Shown piece after piece: positions 19,345-28,084 of a DNA stretch of 32,000 nucleotides. How positions within the stretch are numbered: position 1 is the first letter of the stretch; each line of letters opens with the position of its first letter. Made by a program: the position numbers and the translations under genes. Source of the DNA: [Clostridium] innocuum (GTDB lineage: Bacteria; Bacillota_I; Bacilli_A; Erysipelotrichales; Erysipelotrichaceae); NCBI RefSeq assembly GCF_012317185.1, contig NZ_CP048838.1, one strand, 5' to 3'. Under the pieces are notes generated by a model. The model saw only the letters and a list, made by a program, of their open reading frames with translations. It was not told the DNA's origin and searched no databases.

Positions 19345-20406
19345 ATGTCACAGAAAAAAATTACCTATATCAAGCTGCTGCATCAGCTGGAAAAAAAGAT
19401 GAAGACCAAACGCCTTGAGGGCAAGGTCGCTATACAAAGAGAAGAATTTGAAATTCTGTTGTCCGGAATACCTTCAATTTTAAACGGATACGATCTGGTA
19501 ACGCTTGAGGTAGGTGAAAACATCAACCGTGAGGCATTGCGAAAGCATCTGAAGGAACAGTTTGAAATCACCGATAAAGAGAGTGCAATCAGGGCAATCA
19601 AAGCCTTTTTGAATGATAATGTGCAATGGCAGTACGAGCAGTTTCTGGGCTTCTGGAGGGATGAGCCTCAGTTCGATTTGGAAGAGCTGGATGAAAAAGC
19701 AAGGCTGTTCTTTGAGGGCTGCAAAACCTTTGCGAAGCAGTTTTACCCGTTCCTGAAGGAACAGGGCTTTGCCGGCTTTGATTATGGAGAATGTGTCCGC
19801 ATGATACGGGAATGCTATGCAGTGGACATTCTGGATCGGGAAACGGCGGACATGATGCTGCAGGATATCGGAACCCGTGCATTCCGGCAGTTTGACAGCT
19901 GGGAGGAATATGCGCTCAGTTATCTGTGCGGAGGGTGTTATTTCATGTTCCGCAGCTCCGGGATGAACAACGATTATGGAAGTATGATGTTTCAAAATGA
20001 GCTGCAGGCGATTGAAAAGCTGTTTTTTGAAAATCGTACCAATGTATGGAACCGCTATTCCTGGCTGGAGGGAAAGAAGTATTTCCCGGGCATTAAAGAA
20101 GGGAAAAAGCTGTTTAACAGCACGTTGGGCTGCTTTGTGACGGATCGTGTCAGCATAGATCAGGATGCCATCTGTTATATGGTACGCGAGGAGCCCTCCA
20201 AAGACAATCCGGACAGCGGCTGGAGAATCTTCGCCGGAGATGAAACACAGGAGTATATTGATGATATTGAACATACGCAGGTTTTCGCTTTAAATACCGT
20301 ATGCAATTATGATCCTGAAATCATCCCGTTTCTTGACGAGCCGGTTGGTACGGTGATTGTGCGCAATCGGGAAGGAAAGCTTGAAAAAGAGGAAAAGCAG
20401 AATTAA
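19345..20406 (+). CDS. DUF1266 + DUF2185 (Imm33-like) fusion protein
   Basis: The middle region YGECVRMIRECYAVDILDRETADMML..FDSWEEYALSYLCGGCYF resembles DUF1266. The C-terminal PDSGWRIFAGDETQEYIDD...DPEIIPFLDEPVGTV resembles DUF2185. Confidence 0.7.
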   Translation: MSQKKITYIKLLHQLEKKMKTKRLEGKVAIQREEFEILLSGIPSILNGYDLVTLEVGENINREALRKHLKEQFEITDKESAIRAIKAFLNDNVQWQYEQFLGFWRDEPQFDLEELDEKARLFFEGCKTFAKQFYPFLKEQGFAGFDYGECVRMIRECYAVDILDRETADMMLQDIGTRAFRQFDSWEEYALSYLCGGCYFMFRSSGMNNDYGSMMFQNELQAIEKLFFENRTNVWNRYSWLEGKKYFPGIKEGKKLFNSTLGCFVTDRVSIDQDAICYMVREEPSKDNPDSGWRIFAGDETQEYIDDIEHTQVFALNTVCNYDPEIIPFLDEPVGTVIVRNREGKLEKEEKQN

Positions 20407-20596
20407 TAACAGCTGTTTTTATGGAAATTCACACTCTGTTTACTGTATATCTGCTATATAACTTATACCAAACATAAGGTTTGGACATGATCTGAATTCA
20501 GATTGTCCGGACCTTTTTCTTCATATTCATTTGGTCCTATGGTAACCGGTATAGTCATAAATAGTTTGAGAAAACAGATATCCGATATAGTTGTTA

Positions 20597-20646
20597 TTGA
20601 CAGAATACGAATACCATGATAGTGTATTACTGTAGTTAGTACACTA
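20597..20646 (+). promoter_or_regulatory. Candidate promoter (TTGACA-17-TAGTGT) overlapped by an inverted repeat TAGTGTA-N13-TACACTA
   Basis: The -35 box is at 20597-20602. The inverted-repeat arms are at 20620-20626 and 20640-20646, immediately upstream of the GntR gene, so this is plausibly an auto-operator. Confidence 0.35.
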
Positions 20647-20666
20647 ATGCACTGGAGGTGCAATTG

Positions 20667-21041
20667 ATGTTTGTAATTGACACGCAAAGCAAACTTCCGA
20701 TATTTGAACAGCTGAAAAAGCAAATACTGGAGTTTATTACAATTGGTATTCTGTCACCAAACGACAAACTTCCCTCTGTCCGTGCCATGGCTTCGCAGAT
20801 CGGTGTAAATCCCAACACGGTTGCCAAAGCCTATCAGGAGCTGGAGGAGCATGGATATATTTATTCGGAGAAAGGAAAGGGATGCTTTGTGGCAGACAAT
20901 GAATCCGATAAGCTGATACAGGAAGAAAAGCTGAAGGACTTTAAGGGAACAGTTCTTGATATGAAGCAGCATCATATCGAAAAGGAAGCGCTCTATAAAG
21001 TGGTGGATTCCGTATATGAGGAGGGAAAGGATCATGCTTAA
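20667..21041 (+). CDS. GntR-family regulator, YtrA subfamily (short)
   Basis: PIFEQLKKQILEFITIGILSPNDKLPSVRAMASQIGVNPNTVAKAYQELEEHGYIYSEKGKGCFV. About 125 aa with a short C-terminal tail. The ATG lies 8 nt after GGAGG. Confidence 0.88.
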   Translation: MFVIDTQSKLPIFEQLKKQILEFITIGILSPNDKLPSVRAMASQIGVNPNTVAKAYQELEEHGYIYSEKGKGCFVADNESDKLIQEEKLKDFKGTVLDMKQHHIEKEALYKVVDSVYEEGKDHA

Positions 21042-21927
21042 AATCAGGTCACTGACAAAGAAATTTAAAGAAAAGACCGTGCTGATGGATGTAAACCTGG
21101 ATATTCACAGCGGCAGTGTTTTTGGTCTGATCGGTCCCAATGGTTCAGGTAAATCCACACTTCTGAAAATCATGGCCGGTATTATGAAGCCGGATCTGGG
21201 ATGTATCTGTATTGATGATGAAAGGGTATTTGATAATCCCAAAGTGAAACGTGATATTCTGTTGATCAGTGATGATCCGTTTTATTTCTTTAATGCCACG
21301 TTAAAGGATATGAAGGAATTTTACCGTGTATGGTATCCAAATCTCAATGATGAAATCTACGAGAAATATCGTGCTATCTTTAAGCTGGATGAAAATAAGA
21401 CACTGAAGAATTTCTCCAAGGGTATGAAGCGTCAGTCCTTTATCGTTCTGGCACTTGCAATTTCACCAAAATATCTGTTTCTTGACGAGGCATTTGACGG
21501 TCTGGATCCGGTGATGCGGCTGACCTTTAAACGGGCAATCAGTAAAATGATCGAGGAAAAGGAAATGACTGTAATCATATCCAGTCATAATCTGCGTGAG
21601 CTGGAGGATATTTGCGATACATTCGGTATCTTGGAGGATAATACGATTCGAACTGCCGGCTATGTGGATGAAACGAAGGAAAATATCCACAAGATTCAGC
21701 TTGCGTTTAAAGAAGAAAAACGTGAAGATGATTTTAAGGCACTGGATTTGCTGTCGATGCATGTGCAGTCGCGTGTAGTGAATCTGGTTGTTAAGGGAGA
21801 TATTGAAAAAATTAAAAATTATTTGAATACGATGGACCCTCTGATGATGGAAGTGCTGAATGTCAATCTGGAGGAGGTCTTCATCTATGAAATGGAAAAG
21901 AAGGGGTATGGTGTTTATGATGAATGA
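21034..21927 (+). CDS. ABC transporter ATP-binding protein
   Basis: Walker A GPNGSGKST, signature-like FSKGMKRQ and Walker B LFLDEAFDGLD. The start overlaps the GntR stop. Confidence 0.9.
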   Translation: MLKIRSLTKKFKEKTVLMDVNLDIHSGSVFGLIGPNGSGKSTLLKIMAGIMKPDLGCICIDDERVFDNPKVKRDILLISDDPFYFFNATLKDMKEFYRVWYPNLNDEIYEKYRAIFKLDENKTLKNFSKGMKRQSFIVLALAISPKYLFLDEAFDGLDPVMRLTFKRAISKMIEEKEMTVIISSHNLRELEDICDTFGILEDNTIRTAGYVDETKENIHKIQLAFKEEKREDDFKALDLLSMHVQSRVVNLVVKGDIEKIKNYLNTMDPLMMEVLNVNLEEVFIYEMEKKGYGVYDE

Positions 21928-23404
21928 TTTTAAGGCCTATCTGCGCTATTATGTAAACAGCAATAAACGGCTGTTGATACTGGTTTTTATCATTCTGTTT
22001 CTGATAATGCCATTCTTTACCTTTAATTATATGGGACTGCCGCGCGACCCGTATTCACTGGATACCTTCTATATGGGCTTCATTGCTCTGGGAGCGGCAA
22101 CCTGTGCTGGAGGCTGTATCCTGTCATATTTGTTACCAATATATAATTTTCGCTATTTGTATAAGAAAAGAAGTCATGAGATGTACTTCTCTTTACCGAT
22201 ACAAAGAAAGCATCTGTTTCTATACAACTATATCAGCGGGCTGCTTGTCGTACTGGTCCCGTTGCTGATGAACTATCTTCTGGGCTACTTTATAATGCTG
22301 GGGCTCGGATATCGGGAGAGACCGCTCTATATGCTGATACCGTTAATCTTCTTTCTCGGTTTATCCATCCTGCTTTTGATTCAGTATTCCATTTTCACCT
22401 TTTTAAGCGTGAAATGCAACAATCTGATTGACAGTATTCTTGTCAACGGTGCTTACGTTGTCATGCCGTTTATTGTCATGCTTTCCGCGACGATTTTCTT
22501 TAGTAATCAGATAACGACAATTCTTGGAGATATCGGCGCATCACCAAGTGAATTTATCAATATGGGAATGATCCAGATGCTGCTTTCCATGCCGAGCACA
22601 ATTTATGCCTTTCTATTTAATATGATAGCTTCCATGGCGTCGGAAATGCATAGAATTGATACTCTGATAAACGCATTTAACTGGCTGTACTTTCTATATT
22701 GGGGAGTCATCGGTGTGCTATGCTTCTGGTTTGGCTGGAAATCCTTTGTGGATAGAAAGCCTGAGGATGCAGAGCAGCGAACTGTTACCTTATTCGGATA
22801 CCCGGTGATTATCACGGTTATCACCTTCTGTATGGTTTTATTCGTCATGAATATCAATGGCGGTGTCGTTGTTCCCAGCCTGATTATACTGGTTGCATAT
22901 TTTTGTATGATATTCTTCTCCAATCGAAAGATACAGATAAAAAAGCTTCACGTAATCGTATTTGCATTGCTTTATATCGGAACTTTCGGCTTTAGCTATA
23001 TGTATACGCAGACAAAAGGGCTGGGGATGGTAAAGGAATTTCCATCGCTGACAGATATGAAGCGTGTAAATATTGATGTGAATTCATCTTCTATTGAAAA
23101 TGATTCCGCTATGCAGTTCTATGATGCGAAGAATAAAGAATATTATGATGGATATGGTACTTCTGTTCAGGATGAGGAATCCATGAAAGATCTGCTGGAT
23201 GTGCAAAAGGAAGTCAGTACTAGGAGTGTGAAGGAGTACTTTTATGATAATGCGTTTTATATCAGCATTTCCTATATCAAGCAGGATAACTTTCAGGTTT
23301 CTCGAAACTATACACTAAAAATGAATAAAAAGAATAAGGACTATCTACAAAAGCTGATGGAAGAGCTGAAGCATACGGAAAAATTCTCTGTTATGCAGCA
23401 TTGA
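21917..23404 (+). CDS. multi-pass ABC-associated permease with a C-terminal soluble domain of about 130 aa
   Basis: It overlaps the ATPase stop. Many hydrophobic helices are followed by a hydrophilic tail (VKEFPSLTDMKRVNIDV...KHTEKF). The start could be 21908, 21917 or 21920. Confidence 0.75.
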   Translation: MMNDFKAYLRYYVNSNKRLLILVFIILFLIMPFFTFNYMGLPRDPYSLDTFYMGFIALGAATCAGGCILSYLLPIYNFRYLYKKRSHEMYFSLPIQRKHLFLYNYISGLLVVLVPLLMNYLLGYFIMLGLGYRERPLYMLIPLIFFLGLSILLLIQYSIFTFLSVKCNNLIDSILVNGAYVVMPFIVMLSATIFFSNQITTILGDIGASPSEFINMGMIQMLLSMPSTIYAFLFNMIASMASEMHRIDTLINAFNWLYFLYWGVIGVLCFWFGWKSFVDRKPEDAEQRTVTLFGYPVIITVITFCMVLFVMNINGGVVVPSLIILVAYFCMIFFSNRKIQIKKLHVIVFALLYIGTFGFSYMYTQTKGLGMVKEFPSLTDMKRVNIDVNSSSIENDSAMQFYDAKNKEYYDGYGTSVQDEESMKDLLDVQKEVSTRSVKEYFYDNAFYISISYIKQDNFQVSRNYTLKMNKKNKDYLQKLMEELKHTEKFSVMQH

Positions 23405-23572
23405 GAAATGAGCTGAAAGTAAGAAAATCTTTCTTGTTGTTCATAGAAAGTATGAAGAAAAAAAGTCATTCTTTTACCACAAAAGGAAGGCTTTGCTGTT
23501 GGATGAAAGGGGTTCTATTGCATAATAGAGTACACAATTCGCAAGGGGATTGCGATACCTCTTATAGTAAGC

Positions 23573-23611
23573 AAAAGGCTCTCAGCACTTATGTGTGCAG
23601 AGAGCCTTTTT
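23573..23611. terminator. Bidirectional Rho-independent terminator
   Basis: aaggctctc (23575-23583) pairs with gagagcctt (23600-23608). T-runs on both strands suit the convergent permease and Rpn genes. Confidence 0.65.
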
Positions 23612-23687
23612 GCGTTGTACATCTAAAACAGTAACACACAATGTATGTATGGAGAGGTGTTAAAAGGCGTTGCTTACAAATGACAGC

Positions 23688-24635
23688 TTATATCGTCGTG
23701 TCGGACTTGCTTATTCGTTTTTTTACAGACTCGAAGGTATCACATTCCAGAACCAATGTGGATACTATATGCATTTGTTCCTCAGTTAATGCCTGTAGCC
23801 ACATTGCGCAATCCTCATGAAACTTGATTTGCATCTGTCTGTGTAAGAGCTGCCTCTCTCCTTCCAGCTTACCTTCTATCTTTCCTTCCATTTTTCCGGC
23901 AGCTTTTCCCTCTTCAAAGCTGTCACGCAAGCCGTTGCGGTAACGTGCTTCTCCCATTTGAATCGCCATTGCGGTTGACCACAGCTCATCATCCTTCCGC
24001 ATTTCCTCGTACTTGTCCATGAATACCTTCACCAGCCTTTCCTTTGACTTCAGTATATCATTTTTTTCATTATTTTCAAACAGGTATACCAGCTGTTCAA
24101 AGTCATTCAGCCTCTGCATTTCCTTCTCCTTTACGATGTCATTAATTGCCGGCATATGAACAAAGGTGCGAAGGATGAGTGGATAGTAGCTTTCATTCTC
24201 TCCCTGCTCATTGCGCATCTGATACTGATTGATCAGATTTCTGTTGTTCCATGCATACTCATCAATGAAGATAATTTGATAAACCGGCTTTAATTGATCA
24301 TAAAACTCACCGCTTTTCAGCTGATTGTTCAATGCTCTGGCACCGTAAAATTCAAAGCGCATCATTTCCGCTATTCCCCTACAGGTCGTCTGCATCTCGA
24401 TATTGAAATGACGATTTTGTTCATCCTTTACATGCACATCCAGAATGATGCGCTTCTTTCCGATGATGCCCGGATCCAGATTCGGATTGAGGACGGTGCT
24501 TTCCTTTACCTTGATTCCGGTAACACGTTCAATGATGGTGTTGCGGGCGTACACAGAGCCTTCATCCTCACGGGAAAGGGCGTACTTAAAAAATAGATCG
24601 TTACTGTAGTTGAGTTGATTCCTTGCATTTGACAT
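23688..24635 (-). CDS. Rpn-family recombination-promoting nuclease / PD-(D/E)XK putative transposase (PDDEXK_2) with a DUF4351-like tail
   Basis: The N-terminus has DLFFKYALS and the core is RIILDVHVKDEQNRHFNIEMQ (D..D/E.K-type core). The C-terminus has GKMEGKIEGKLEGERQLLHRQMQIKF...LTEEQM. The RBS is GGAGG. Confidence 0.82.
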   Translation of the reverse strand: MSNARNQLNYSNDLFFKYALSREDEGSVYARNTIIERVTGIKVKESTVLNPNLDPGIIGKKRIILDVHVKDEQNRHFNIEMQTTCRGIAEMMRFEFYGARALNNQLKSGEFYDQLKPVYQIIFIDEYAWNNRNLINQYQMRNEQGENESYYPLILRTFVHMPAINDIVKEKEMQRLNDFEQLVYLFENNEKNDILKSKERLVKVFMDKYEEMRKDDELWSTAMAIQMGEARYRNGLRDSFEEGKAAGKMEGKIEGKLEGERQLLHRQMQIKFHEDCAMWLQALTEEQMHIVSTLVLECDTFESVKKRISKSDTTI

Positions 24636-24914
24636 TTATATGTCCTCCATTCTGTAAGGGTTCCTTACTCCTTCTATACGTATGGAATCTGTCAAATTCC
24701 TAAAAAATCCACGAATGATTGATAAAATTTGTTATTTTTCACGTTAAAAGGAATTTAACTATACTGGCATTGCTTTTAAAGGATTTCCTTAGCAATATGC
24801 AATACGATTTTTTATTTTCAAACAGTAAATGAAAATCATCTGATGGTCCTGCGATTCGCAATGTCTCACACGAAATATTTCATGTATTTCTTATGTGAAT
24901 TTACTAAAAACCTA

Positions 24915-24943
24915 TTGCTTTCGCAGAAACTTATTGCTATAAT
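24915..24943 (+). promoter_or_regulatory. rpmE promoter
   Basis: TTGCTT, a 17-nt spacer, then TATAAT (24938-24943). Confidence 0.6.
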
Positions 24944-24997
24944 TGTATAGCACTTACTTTAAACCCACCTGAGGTTTAAGGCGGAAGGAGAGTTAAA

Positions 24998-25201
24998 ATG
25001 AAAAAAGGAATTCATCCAGAGTACCACCGTATTATGGTAAAATGTACTTCTTGTGGAGCTGAATTTGAAACTGGTTCAACCAGCAAAGAGTTGCGTGTTG
25101 ATACTTGTTCAAACTGCCATCCTTTCTATACAGGACGTCAGAGATTCGCTGCTGCACAGGGACGTATTGAAAAATTCAACAAAAAATACGGACTTAAATA
25201 A
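24998..25201 (+). CDS. rpmE: 50S ribosomal protein L31, zinc-binding type A
   Basis: [10 protein letters not shown]...CTSCG...[13 protein letters not shown]...[10 protein letters not shown], preceded by a GGAAGGAG RBS. Confidence 0.97.
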   Translation: MKKGIHPEYHRIMVKCTSCGAEFETGSTSKELRVDTCSNCHPFYTGRQRFAAAQGRIEKFNKKYGLK

Positions 25202-25213
25202 CAACTACAGTGG

Positions 25214-25240
25214 AAAAGGGGCATATGCCTCTTTTCTTTT
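25214..25240 (+). terminator. rpmE terminator
   Basis: aaggggca pairs with tgcctctt, followed by TTCTTTT. Confidence 0.7.
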
Positions 25241-25432
25241 ATCTAAAAAGCAGGCAGAATACCCCCACCTCAGTGGTCGATGAACAGGTGGGGGATACTC
25301 TGTACACCCTGCGGGCGTGAATGCAGCCATATTTCTATTCATCCTTGTTTTCTTTCTATTTTTCACGAATCGTTTCTTAAATTTTTCTCGCGTTCGTGGT
25401 ATAATGATGTCAACAAAAGGAGGTTTTCCTTC

Positions 25433-26849
25433 ATGAAATCATATCGCACATATTCTAGTATCCTATCTGCTAATCACCCGCAAAACCCCCGGCTTTTCTG
25501 CTCTTACACATCGTGCTAAAAATCTGTACAACGTTGCTTCGTTCTATATAAGAAATGCGTACAGTGCTTCCATCAAATCAAATGAGGATCGCTTTCCACA
25601 TGAGATACAGGTCCTGGAAGAACTCAATGGTGTCGTTGATGAATTGAATGTCATACGTCAAAAGCATCATAGCACACCATTCCACATCATTGATCATGAA
25701 CATCGCTTTGTTTCCATGCAGCATCTGGATGTTTTTTTTAAATTGCGTAACCAGATCGATTACCGTGCTCTTCCTGCGCAGGCTAATCAGAATGTTTTGC
25801 ATATGCTGTATCGTGACTGGAAAAGCTTTTTTGCTGCTTTAGCGGGTTACAAAGCACATCCTGACAAATATGAAGCAATCCCTCATATCCCTCGATATGC
25901 AGATAAAAACGGTTATAAACCCTTGATCTTTACCAATCAAATATGCAAACTGAGAAAAGACAAACATGGTTGGTATGTAAAGTTTCCTAAGGCAATGCTG
26001 CAGGCAGGGTGTGTACGTGACCGATATGATCTTGGTAAGATGGACCTGCATGAACAGAAGCTGAAGGAAGTACGTCTGATTCCCAATGGAGATACTATCA
26101 AGCTTGAAATCGTATGCGAGATAGAAATCAAGGAACCGACAATTACAATCCATGAGGCAACCAGAGTAGCCGGTATAGATATTGGTGTCGATAATCTGAC
26201 AGCGATTGCGTTTACGAGTGGGCACCACCCTGTGCTGATAAAAGGAAATGAAATAAAGGCAGTCAATCAATTCTATAACAAACAGATTGCACATTATCGC
26301 TCACTGCTAAGAACTGGAAAGAAGGATAGCAAAGGGATCCATCAAACAAAACGAATGAAACGTATCAGCGAAAAGCGAAATCGACGTGTAAAGGATATCC
26401 TGCACAAAGCATCAAGAAAAATAATAGATCTATGTGTGGAGGAAGGAATCGAAGTTATCGTCGTAGGAAATAATGCGGGTTGGAAGAAGCGTATCCATAT
26501 GGGGAAGAAGAACAATCAGACATTTGTGCAGATACCGTTTCATACGCTGATCGAAATGATCAAATATAAAGGAGAAGCGGCAGGAATCAGAGTCGTAGTC
26601 TGTGAAGAAGCAATACAATCGAAGGCTAGTTCCATTGACGAGGATCAAATACCAGTCTATGGAAATGATGTAACGCATACCTTCACAGGGAAAAGAATCA
26701 AGCGAGGATTGTACAGAAGTAAAAACGGCATTCTAATGAATGCCGATATCAATGGAGCAAGCAATATCATACGAAAAGTATATCCATGTATGCCAAAGCG
26801 AGAGCGATGGAGTAGAGGTACTGTGAACGTACCAGTTACGTGTATCTGA
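25433..26849 (+). CDS. tnpB: RNA-guided endonuclease TnpB (IS605 OrfB family), frameshifted near the N-terminus; possible pseudogene or assembly indel
   Basis: MKSYRTYSSILSANHPQNP in one frame (ATG 25433, AAAGGAGG RBS) continues as GFSALTHRAKNLYNV... in the 25644 frame if one C of the C5 run (25486-25490) is removed. RuvC-like GIDIGVDNL and NADINGASNI are present. The IVVGNNAGWKK / GKKNNQTF motifs are typical of one Bacillota TnpB clade. Confidence 0.8.
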
Positions 26850-26925
26850 ACACGAACAAAATGTTTTGATGAATGCGCAGGCATCCATTAGAAGCCGCTT
26901 GCTCTATAGCTGGCGGTAGTTCACA
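26700..26925 (+). ncRNA. Predicted omega (right-end) RNA scaffold of the TnpB element
   Basis: Placed by analogy with characterised IS200/IS605 TnpB loci, where the guide RNA overlaps the tnpB 3' end and runs to the right-end boundary. A structured GAAGCCGCttGCTctatAGCtgGCGGTAGTTCAC lies at 26891-26924. The extent is not determined. Confidence 0.3.
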
Positions 26926-27085
26926 GGTATTATATTTTCTGAATTACAGGAAGTGGATAAAGGTTTACCTAAAAGCTGAGATATAGGATGAAAGAAAATG
27001 AAAGTTAAGTAACAGATGTAAATTGCACATACCGGAATCACTTTATGATATAATACAAATCGTAATGTTAGTGAGGAGTGTCGTT

Positions 27086-27679
27086 ATGTATCAGCAGTAT
27101 AAGGAAGGATGGCTGGAGGTAATATCCGGCTGTATGTTTGCAGGAAAGACAGAGGAGCTGATTCGCCGGATCAAGGTACTGGAATATGCGAAAAAGAAAA
27201 TCGCCGTATTTAAACCGAAAATCGACGATCGCTACAGTGAGGAATGTGTTGTATCGCATTGCGGAAGCACGGCAAAAAGCTTTGTGATAAACCGTGCACA
27301 TGAGATTTTTGATTACATAGATGACAGCTATGATGTAATTGCAATCGATGAGGTACAGTTTTTCGATGCAGAGATTGTAGAGATATGCGATTATTTTGCA
27401 GATCATGGAAAGCGTGTCATGGTTGCCGGGCTGGACATGGATTTTCGCGGGGAGCCGTTCAGTGTCATGCCGCAGCTGTTTACACATGCGGAATTCGTTA
27501 CAAAACTGACAGCGGTGTGTACAATATGCGGAGCACCTGCCACAAGAAGCCAGCGGCTGATTGACGGCAGAGCCGCCCGCTACGATGATCCAATCATTCT
27601 GGTGGGAGCAAGTGAGCAGTACGAGGCAAGATGCCGTCATTGCCATGAGGTGCCGGGGAAGCCTTTGATCCATAAATAA
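27086..27679 (+). CDS. tdk: thymidine kinase
   Basis: [15 protein letters not shown] (P-loop), IAIDEVQFF, and a C-terminal zinc ribbon CTICGAPA...CRHCH. A GAGGAG RBS lies 7 nt upstream. Confidence 0.95.
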   Translation: MYQQYKEGWLEVISGCMFAGKTEELIRRIKVLEYAKKKIAVFKPKIDDRYSEECVVSHCGSTAKSFVINRAHEIFDYIDDSYDVIAIDEVQFFDAEIVEICDYFADHGKRVMVAGLDMDFRGEPFSVMPQLFTHAEFVTKLTAVCTICGAPATRSQRLIDGRAARYDDPIILVGASEQYEARCRHCHEVPGKPLIHK

Positions 27680-27693
27680 ACAGAGATTTACTT

Positions 27694-27730
27694 AAAGCAG
27701 ATACGTCGAATCGGATATATCTGCTTTTTT
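27694..27730 (+). terminator. tdk terminator
   Basis: aagcagata (27695-27703) pairs with tatctgctt (27718-27726), followed by a T-run. Confidence 0.75.
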
Positions 27731-27991
27731 TAATATCCTCATAAGGTATGGGCTAATGCGTGGCTCTTTTATGTTTCACACGCATGTCCTATTGCTTTTA
27801 TCTATTCAGAATATAGACTTCCTGTAAATTTCCAATTAAAAGCTATGTGCCGGCATTTCATCATTGCCGGTGAATGTACTTTCGTACTTGCTGGTATCTC
27901 ATTCAAAGAGAATCGTTTTATTTTTTGCACAACGTGAATGCTCATCATAGTGATGTGCAAATGTATATCCAAACATAGTACCTAACAATTC

Positions 27992-28020
27992 TTGTGAAAA
28001 CGGTTTCTATAAAATATACT
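27992..28020 (+). promoter_or_regulatory. Gat-type PTS operon promoter (TTGTGA-17-TATACT) overlapped by a cre-like box TGAAAACGGTTTCT (27995-28008)
   Basis: Hexamer spacing is 17 nt. The cre candidate matches the consensus at 13 of 14 positions and overlaps the -35 box and spacer. Confidence 0.45.
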
Positions 28021-28084
28021 TATTTTGTAAGGAAGAGCTTGCGCGCAAATATGATTTTCCTTTAACAAAAGGAGGTTTGATAAG

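Larger units (their letters stand above)
25250..26930 (+). mobile_element. IS200/IS605-family (IS1341-like) element carrying tnpB only; boundaries approximate
   Basis: A 9-bp-stem hairpin at the left end (cccccacct 25262-25270 with aggtggggg 25286-25294). An internal TGgTATAAT promoter at 25397-25405. The tnpB gene. An imperfect hairpin plus gGTAGTTCAC at the right end (26891-26924). The whole unit sits between rpmE and tdk. Confidence 0.6.

Noticed and set aside
19480-20274. A 264-aa ORF antisense to the DUF1266-DUF2185 gene.
   Set aside because: The plus-strand frame carries recognisable domain motifs and an RBS. The antisense frame looks like shadow sequence.
23401-23634. A 77-aa ORF between the permease and Rpn genes.
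   Set aside because: It has a TTG-type start and no RBS. It covers the bidirectional terminator and its composition is atypical.
25262-25294. The 9-bp-stem hairpin downstream of rpmE, considered as a second rpmE terminator.
   Set aside because: No T-run follows it, and a proper terminator already lies at 25214-25240. Its position fits a left-end subterminal hairpin of the TnpB element better, though the left-end assignment is not proven.
25280-25519. A 79-aa ORF (MNRWGILCTPCGRECSH...) upstream of tnpB.
   Set aside because: Most of it is IS left-end and promoter sequence. Only its last ~29 codons (from ATG 25433) are meaningful, as the displaced N-terminus of TnpB.
27068-27673. A 201-aa ORF antisense to almost the whole of tdk.
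   Set aside because: The length is striking, but tdk on the plus strand has every kinase and zinc-ribbon motif. The antisense product has none, and no RBS.
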